Source: Desulfobacula sp. (GTDB lineage: Bacteria; Desulfobacterota; Desulfobacteria; Desulfobacterales; Desulfobacteraceae). From it: DNA of 24,000 nt. The position numbers and the translations under genes are program-made. Below, one piece after another: positions 18,172-24,000 of this stretch. The notes under the pieces were generated by a model. The model ran no database searches and had not been told where the DNA came from. It saw nothing but the letters and a program-made list of their open reading frames with translations. Location of the stretch: positions 116,622-140,621 of the forward strand of contig NZ_JAQYWD010000004.1 in the NCBI RefSeq assembly GCF_030145145.1, in the 5' to 3' direction. Position 1 is the first letter of the stretch; every line of letters begins with the position of its first letter.

Positions 18172-20034
18172 ATGAATTGGAAACAAAAAATTGTTGATCC
18201 TGATGTTGTCATGAAACGAATAAAACCGGGAATGCGTATTTTCCTGGGAACCGGTATTTCCGAGCCCCGAACCCTTGTTAAACACCTGATGAAGGCTGAT
18301 GATAACAACCTGGTGGATCTTGAGCTGATCCAGCTGGTCAATTTCAGTGATGCCATTTCCCTCAAGACCCTTGATGCCAACAAATACCGGTTTAAAACCT
18401 TCAGTTCGGGGCATATGGTGAACCGGGCCATTGCCCAGGGACTGGTTGACCTGATCCCCACACGCTTCACCCGGCTGCATCGACTGTTTGACGTTGGGCG
18501 TATCCGGGTGGATGCGGCATTTGTCCAGATTTCCCTGCCCGACGATGCCGGAAAAGCAAGCCTGGGGGTTTCCCTGGATGTGGCACGGTCTGCCATGGGA
18601 CAGGCCCGTCTGGTTGTGGGAGAAATCAATCCCAAAATTCCCAGGACATTCGGCAATACCTTTGTCACCACATCTGAATTTAATCTGCTGGTCCGTTCAA
18701 CCGAAGACCCTGTTTATTTTAACCGGTGGGAAACCAGCCCGGCCTTTGACCGGATTGCCCGGCGCATTGCATTTTTAATCCCGGACAAAAGCTGTATTGC
18801 CTTCTCCATTGGTCCCCTGTTTGAATCCCTGAGCCGGCAGCTGATGAACAAACGCCACCTCGGGGTCCACTCGCCGGTATTTACCGATGCCTTGATGGAC
18901 CTGATAAAAAGTGGAGCGGTGACCAATCTTTACAAGACGATCTTCCAGGGAAAATCCATTGCATCCTATGCGTTTGGAACCCCGCGGCTCATGACCTGGC
19001 TGGACCGGAACCCTTTGATAGAATTCCATGGGATACGCACCGTGTTTGATCCGGTGAATATCGGGAAAAACCCCCGGTTTATCGCCATTATTCCCGCACG
19101 AAAAGTGGATTTAGCCGGCCGCATTGTCCTGCACCACGGGAAAGGGAATGTCATCTCCGGTCCCATGGAGCTGATGGACTCTTTTTTCGGGGCCCAGATT
19201 TCCAGGGACGGCCGTATCATCTTTGGCCTGCCGTCCCGGAACCTGCGCAACCAGTCCAACATTAGACTTTCCATTGAACGGTATTACAACCAGCTGGGAT
19301 TTGAAGAATCCATTGACATGGTGGTGACCGAATACGGAACAGCCATGCTCAACGGGCTTTCCATCCGGGAACGGGCCCTGGCCCTGATCGAGATTGCCCA
19401 CCCGGATGACCGCCCGGATCTGTTTGACCAGGCCAGGCAAAAAAAAATCCTCTACCCGGACCAGATCTTCTTAAAAAAAAGCGCCCGCCTTTATCCCCAT
19501 GACGTTCACGATCAGCAGACCTTTAAGACAGGTGTCATTGTCCGGTTCCGACCCATAAAGCCTTCAGATGAGGAACAGATGCGGCAGCTGTTTTATCGTT
19601 TTTCCGATGAAGCCATTTATCACCGGTATTTTCATTCCATCATCACCATGCCCCATTCCAAGATGCAGGCGTATGTAAATATTGACTGGGCCAACGCCAT
19701 GTCCATGGTGGGACTGGTGGGGGAACCCGGACAGGGGATTTTAATTGCTGAAGCCCGATATTTACGGGAGAACTCCGGCAACAGAGCTGAAATCGCTATC
19801 ATTGTTGATGAGGCCTACAATAGTCTGGGTATTGCCACCCATATGGTGACCCTGCTGAAAAGACTTGGCAGGGACAGGGGTATTACCGTCTTTACGGCTG
19901 AGGTATTATTTTCCAATCGCAAAATCATGAAGGTGTTTAAAAAAGTGTTCCCCCACCTCAAGAGTGTCCTGGCGGAAGGGGTTTACAGTGTTGTCATGCC
20001 CATCGCGCCGGATGACCATCCGAACCCCACCTGA
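18172..20034 (+). CDS. Acetyl-CoA hydrolase/transferase family protein fused to a C-terminal GNAT N-acetyltransferase domain
   Basis: 620 aa; N-terminal CoA-transferase fold (IKPGMRIFLGTGISEPRTLV, VVTEYGTAMLNGLSIRERALALIEIAHPD); C-terminal VRFRPIKPSDEEQMRQLFYRFSDEAIYHRYF...EIAIIVDEAYNSLGIATHMVTLLKRLGRDRGI. Confidence 0.85.
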   Translation: MNWKQKIVDPDVVMKRIKPGMRIFLGTGISEPRTLVKHLMKADDNNLVDLELIQLVNFSDAISLKTLDANKYRFKTFSSGHMVNRAIAQGLVDLIPTRFTRLHRLFDVGRIRVDAAFVQISLPDDAGKASLGVSLDVARSAMGQARLVVGEINPKIPRTFGNTFVTTSEFNLLVRSTEDPVYFNRWETSPAFDRIARRIAFLIPDKSCIAFSIGPLFESLSRQLMNKRHLGVHSPVFTDALMDLIKSGAVTNLYKTIFQGKSIASYAFGTPRLMTWLDRNPLIEFHGIRTVFDPVNIGKNPRFIAIIPARKVDLAGRIVLHHGKGNVISGPMELMDSFFGAQISRDGRIIFGLPSRNLRNQSNIRLSIERYYNQLGFEESIDMVVTEYGTAMLNGLSIRERALALIEIAHPDDRPDLFDQARQKKILYPDQIFLKKSARLYPHDVHDQQTFKTGVIVRFRPIKPSDEEQMRQLFYRFSDEAIYHRYFHSIITMPHSKMQAYVNIDWANAMSMVGLVGEPGQGILIAEARYLRENSGNRAEIAIIVDEAYNSLGIATHMVTLLKRLGRDRGITVFTAEVLFSNRKIMKVFKKVFPHLKSVLAEGVYSVVMPIAPDDHPNPT

Positions 20035-20127
20035 CAAAGGAAGGCACTCGCCTTCACCATTTTTTTAACCCTGCTTGGCTGCTGTGCCGGCAATTCTCCC
20101 TATAAAAGGCAATAGTCCCCGAACAAT

Positions 20128-20217
20128 GGGTCAGGCTTGCGTTATTGACACTTTTGCCGGCTTCTTCCCTTAATTATTCAGGCTTTGATCAAAAGCACAA
20201 TAACACAAGCCTGACCC
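20128..20217. repeat. Imperfect palindromic intergenic element, copy 2 (same family as 8117-8199)
   Basis: Left arm GGGTCAGGCTTGCGTTATTG (20128-20147), right arm CAATAACACAAGCCTGACCC (20198-20217), 19/20 complementary. Confidence 0.8.
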
Positions 20218-20349
20218 GGTTTAGTTATCGCCATAATGAGAATTGCCGGCTGCTGTGCCATTTCTGTTGACACCCGCTTGTCCCCTGGCATATGATTATT
20301 TTTTTTGACATCGGCTGTTTGATCATTCAACCAAAGGAGATGATTATCA

Positions 20350-22752
20350 ATGAAAGGATTCCGCCGCATTCTCACCCTCATCATCGGCCTGGCTGCCTGT
20401 ATCGTCATACTGGTGCTATACCTGCCCTTTTTAAATGACTTCAAAACCAAAGGGACCCTTACCCTTCCCGGACTCACGGACAGGGTTACCATTCAGCGGG
20501 ACGAGAACGGAATGGCGTATATTCATGCCCGGAACCTTGAGGATGGATTTATGGCACAGGGATTTGTTACGGCCCAGGACCGGCTTTTCCAGATGCAGCT
20601 GACCCGCCTGGTTGTCCAGGGACGGGTGTGTGAGCTGGCCGGACCCGTTGCCAAAAATTTAGATATTCGCATGAGAACCATTGGCCTGCACAGGATGGCA
20701 AAAAAACAGGCCAACATCCTGAATGATCAAACAAAGGGCTATTTCCAGAAATATGTGGACGGGATCAATGCCTTTATTGCCCTTTGTCCCGATGATATCC
20801 ACCTGGAATTCAAACTGGCCGGCATCACTCCTGAAAACTGGAATGTTGTTGATTCCCTGGGTATCCTCTATTACATGGGATACTCAACCTCGGCAAATCT
20901 CAACACGGAAATAACGGCCCAGATGCTGCTGGAAACACTGGGGTATGAAAAAGCATGCCAGCTCATGCCGGTGAACATCAATGCAGATGATCCCGACGAT
21001 ACCGGCAACCTGAAAATACCCCCCAAAGACCATCTGTCCATCTCACCGACCGGTATCAAAGATGTTCTGGCGTATACCGGGAACCTGCAGCTTCGCGTCG
21101 GAAGCAACAACTGGGCCGTCTCCCCGGGGCGGTCTGCATCGGGCAGTACACTGCTGGCCGGCGATCCTCATCTGGATGTCCGGATACTGCCCGGGGTCTG
21201 GTATCCTTTGGGTCTGATAACACCCGAAACAAGAGCGGTGGGTGTTAATATTCCGGGCATACCCGGTATGGCCATCGGCCGTACCGATCATCTTGCCCTC
21301 TCGGTAACCAACAATTATGGGGACATGCAGGATCTGTACATCGAAACCATTGATCCTGAAAATTCTGACAATTATCTGGAAGGAAAAACCACCATACCGT
21401 TTATTCAGATCCGGGAGACCCTTAAAATAAAGGACAAAGACGACCCCAAAGGCTATCGGATGGAACCTGTAACCATCAGGGCCACCCGCAGAGGCCCGGT
21501 TGTTTCAAAGGTGTTGCCGGATTTAACCACCCAAAAGGTCATCAGTTTCCGCTTTGCCCCGGCTGAATCCATGGAACCGTTCATTGGTCTGATTGAAATT
21601 TTAACGGCGAAAAATGCGGCAGATCTTGTGAAGGTCTTAAAAAATATTCCCATGGTCTGCCTTAACTGGGTGTTTGCCGATACAAGCGGCAACATCGGTC
21701 ACCAGGCTTCCGGGAAAATTCCCATCCGGCATAATGGGGATGGGACCTTTCCCTTTCCGGTAAAAAATGCCGGGGACAACTGGCACGGATGGATTCCCCA
21801 GGACCAGATGCCCGGAACCCTGAACCCTGAAAAAAACTGGATCGGTACCTGTAACCAGAAAACCATAAAACACGACTACCCCTATTATTATTCTTCCTAC
21901 TTTGCCCCCTCCTACCGGTATAGAAGAGTAAAGGAACTGATGGCCTCTTCAAACAAAAAAACCATTGATGACCTGTGGATGTACCAGAGAGATACGAAAA
22001 ATTTAATGGCCCAAAGCCTGTCCCCGATCATGGCCAACGCCCTTCTAAAACATGAGGATACCCGTATCATGGGCAACATTCTTTCTGCATGGGACTTCAG
22101 GGATGACCCTGAAAAAGCCGCACCAGCCATCTTTCAAGCCACCTATCGATTGTTTGCCATGCGTGTCTTCGAAGATGACCTGGGCGAAGAAAATGCCATG
22201 ATCCTGCTCAACAACTGGTATTTCTGGCAGGAAAGACTGGAGCACATTATTTTAACCGGGGATGCGGCATGGATTGATGATACGAGGACAACCGATACCA
22301 TGGAATCCCTTGAAGACCTGTTTCACCAGGCGGCTGTAACCGCGAAAACCTTCTTAAGCTCACACTTGGGCGATACGCCTGAAAAATGGCAGTGGGGCAA
22401 GGTGCATGCCCTTGAACTTGTCAACCCGATCCGGAGAAAGGGAATAGGAAAAGCACTGCTGGGTTCCGGCCCCATGCCCATGGGCGGATCAGGGGAGACC
22501 TTGTACAGGGGATCATATGATTACGACACCCCTTTTGCCGTCAGCTATTGTGCCGCACTCCGCATGGTGGCGGATCTTTCAGACAGGGAAAAAGTACTGG
22601 CTGTCCTGCCGGGCGGTGTCACCGGCAGAACATTTCGTTCCCATCAAAAAGACCAGGTAGCCCCTTTTATGTCCGGGGAAAAGCGTTACTGGTGGTTCAG
22701 TGACACCGCCATTGACGAACACCAAACATCAAAATTAATCCTGGTGCCTTGA
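20350..22752 (+). CDS. Penicillin acylase family protein (Ntn hydrolase)
   Basis: 800 aa; N-terminal TM/signal, VTIQRDENGMAYIHARNLEDGFMAQGFVTAQDRLFQMQL; autocatalytic Ser region VGSNNWAVSPGRSASGSTLLAGDPHLD; WHGWIPQDQMPGTLNPEKNWIGTCNQKTI. Confidence 0.9.
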   Translation: MKGFRRILTLIIGLAACIVILVLYLPFLNDFKTKGTLTLPGLTDRVTIQRDENGMAYIHARNLEDGFMAQGFVTAQDRLFQMQLTRLVVQGRVCELAGPVAKNLDIRMRTIGLHRMAKKQANILNDQTKGYFQKYVDGINAFIALCPDDIHLEFKLAGITPENWNVVDSLGILYYMGYSTSANLNTEITAQMLLETLGYEKACQLMPVNINADDPDDTGNLKIPPKDHLSISPTGIKDVLAYTGNLQLRVGSNNWAVSPGRSASGSTLLAGDPHLDVRILPGVWYPLGLITPETRAVGVNIPGIPGMAIGRTDHLALSVTNNYGDMQDLYIETIDPENSDNYLEGKTTIPFIQIRETLKIKDKDDPKGYRMEPVTIRATRRGPVVSKVLPDLTTQKVISFRFAPAESMEPFIGLIEILTAKNAADLVKVLKNIPMVCLNWVFADTSGNIGHQASGKIPIRHNGDGTFPFPVKNAGDNWHGWIPQDQMPGTLNPEKNWIGTCNQKTIKHDYPYYYSSYFAPSYRYRRVKELMASSNKKTIDDLWMYQRDTKNLMAQSLSPIMANALLKHEDTRIMGNILSAWDFRDDPEKAAPAIFQATYRLFAMRVFEDDLGEENAMILLNNWYFWQERLEHIILTGDAAWIDDTRTTDTMESLEDLFHQAAVTAKTFLSSHLGDTPEKWQWGKVHALELVNPIRRKGIGKALLGSGPMPMGGSGETLYRGSYDYDTPFAVSYCAALRMVADLSDREKVLAVLPGGVTGRTFRSHQKDQVAPFMSGEKRYWWFSDTAIDEHQTSKLILVP

Positions 22753-22847
22753 GCAAATGCGTTACGATATTCAAACCACCGGTTATTTTTTGATTTTTTT
22801 AAACTATGGCTTGAATTTTTACATTCAATATAGTAGGTTCCCGGCAA

Positions 22848-22923
22848 GCCAATGTAGCTCAGGTGGCAGAGCAGCTCACTCGTAATGAGCAGGTCTACGG
22901 TTCGAATCCGTACATTGGCTCCA
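22848..22923 (+). tRNA. tRNA-Thr (anticodon CGT), 3' CCA encoded
   Basis: Acceptor GCCAATG/CATTGGC, anticodon arm GCTCA-CTCGTAA-TGAGC, T-arm ACGGTTCGAATCCGT, terminal TCCA. Confidence 0.93.
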
Positions 22924-23020
22924 CCCAAAACCACTGATACCAAAGCTTTTCAGCCTTTTTAAGAATTTTCATATATACACCAGAAACCTCTTCAAACTGC
23001 CCCAAACCGATCAAAACGCG

Positions 23021-23060
23021 CCCTGTTTTGCACCCTGTTTTGCACCCTGTTTTGCACCCA
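23021..23060. repeat. Short tandem repeat, 12-bp unit CCTGTTTTGCAC x about 3
   Basis: Direct reading: CCCTGTTTTGCACCCTGTTTTGCACCCTGTTTTGCACCCA just downstream of tRNA-Thr. Confidence 0.85.
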
Positions 23061-23305
23061 ACTATATCGCAGGATATCTTTTAGATTCCACATAGTAAAA
23101 AAACTTTTTTCCAGCAATTCTGACAGTCAGATAATACAACCAGCGCCATGGATGATATCTCACCCACAAGCAATATTTCAGAAATAAAATCAGGTCTTTC
23201 TATGTGTAAAATTTTTATAAGAAATTTATTTTTTTCTTTACAACCGATTTTTATTGTTTTATTTTATCTATTAAAAGTTTTTATTCTAGCGTAAAGGTTT
23301 AAAAA

Positions 23306-24000
23306 ATGAAATTCACAAAAGAAGTCATTTGGACAATAAAAAATTTTATTCTTGATAATATAGAAACCCATCCAAATGATATAGTACAAATCGCATCTGA
23401 TTATTTTCGTGTTTCAAAACCGACCATTTTAAAATATATAAGAGAATTAATATCCCAGAAACAAATAGAAAGGCATGGAAATGGTCGATATCCTAATTAC
23501 AAACTACAGACGGTAAAATTTGAATTTAAATACAAGAACAAAGAATTACAGGAAGACGTCTTGTGGGCAAATGATATATCAAATAAACTCAAGGATGTTC
23601 AGCCAAATGTAAAAGAGATATGCCAATACGGTTTTACTGAAATTGTGAACAATGTTATTGATCATTCTGGATCTGAAGATTTAACTGTCTTTTTTGAAAT
23701 AAACCATAAATTAATTTGTATAACTGTTAGAGATTTTGGGGTTGGAATTTTTAACAAAATCAAACAAGATTTGGGCTTATCCGACCCAAAGCATTCTATC
23801 TTGGAGCTTGCAAAAGGGAAGTTCACATCCGATCCGGACAACCATACTGGTGAAGGTATTTTTTTTTCATCAAGAATGTTTGACCATTTTCATATTCTGT
23901 CACATAAATTGAGCTACTTTGGGCAGGGTAATGAAGACGGATGGTTGTTTGAGGATCCTGATGATGTGGATATCGATGGAACTGTAGTATTGATGAAAAT
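23306..24000 (+). CDS. HTH-domain protein with GHKL-type (HATPase) ATPase domain, partial at right edge
   Basis: Manual translation from ATG 23306: MKFTKEVIWTIKNFILDNIETHPNDIVQIASDYFRVSKPTILKYIRELISQKQIERHGNGRY...YGFTEIVNNVIDHSGSEDLTVFFEINHKLICITVRDFGVGIFNKIKQDLGL...GKFTSDPDNHTGEGIFFSSRMFD; N-box EIVNNVIDHS, G1 DFGVGI, G2 HTGEGI. Open at window end; missing from ORF track. Confidence 0.75.
   Translation, partial: MKFTKEVIWTIKNFILDNIETHPNDIVQIASDYFRVSKPTILKYIRELISQKQIERHGNGRYPNYKLQTVKFEFKYKNKELQEDVLWANDISNKLKDVQPNVKEICQYGFTEIVNNVIDHSGSEDLTVFFEINHKLICITVRDFGVGIFNKIKQDLGLSDPKHSILELAKGKFTSDPDNHTGEGIFFSSRMFDHFHILSHKLSYFGQGNEDGWLFEDPDDVDIDGTVVLMK

Noticed and set aside
22743-22943. 85-aa minus-strand ORF (MVSVVLGGANVRIRTVDLLIT...)
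   Set aside because: It runs antisense across tRNA-Thr, a classic spurious ORF over a tRNA gene.
23021-23060. CRISPR array
   Set aside because: The unit is a 12-bp perfect tandem repeat without spacers, so not a CRISPR.

Overview
This window looks like a chromosomal segment from a sulfate-reducing deltaproteobacterium of Desulfobacteraceae type (inferred from gene content only). The standout is a plus-strand cluster: PAS/PAS hybrid histidine kinase, HMA (CopZ/MerP-like) metal-binding protein, hgcA, hgcB (mercury methylation genes). The hgcB reading frame is interrupted by an in-frame TGA at codon 73, where the family has a conserved, functionally important cysteine (PGVG-C-A). The frame then continues for 23 codons and ends in the canonical HgcB C-terminal Cys-Cys. 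A bacterial SECIS-like hairpin starts just after the TGA: a perfect 7-bp stem TTATCCA/TGGATAA around GGTC, which can be read as loop AGGTCT (the E. coli fdhF SECIS apical sequence), plus a lower stem GCCT/AGGC. I interpret this as a selenocysteine-containing HgcB of 96 aa rather than the 72-aa truncated ORF in the supplied track. The rest of the window holds: a HAMP-domain membrane protein, a SurA-N-like protein, a HAD-like protein, a TPR+SPOR protein, a YchF-like NTPase with an atypical P-loop, YhbY, a livMHKGF plus acyl-CoA synthetase cluster, a multiheme cytochrome c / cytochrome b cluster, an acetyl-CoA hydrolase/transferase-GNAT fusion, a penicillin acylase family protein, tRNA-Thr(CGT), and an AT-rich accessory-looking region with an HTH-ATPase gene running off the right edge. 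Two related long palindromic intergenic elements (GGGTCAGGCTT...AAGCCTGACCC) are also present.
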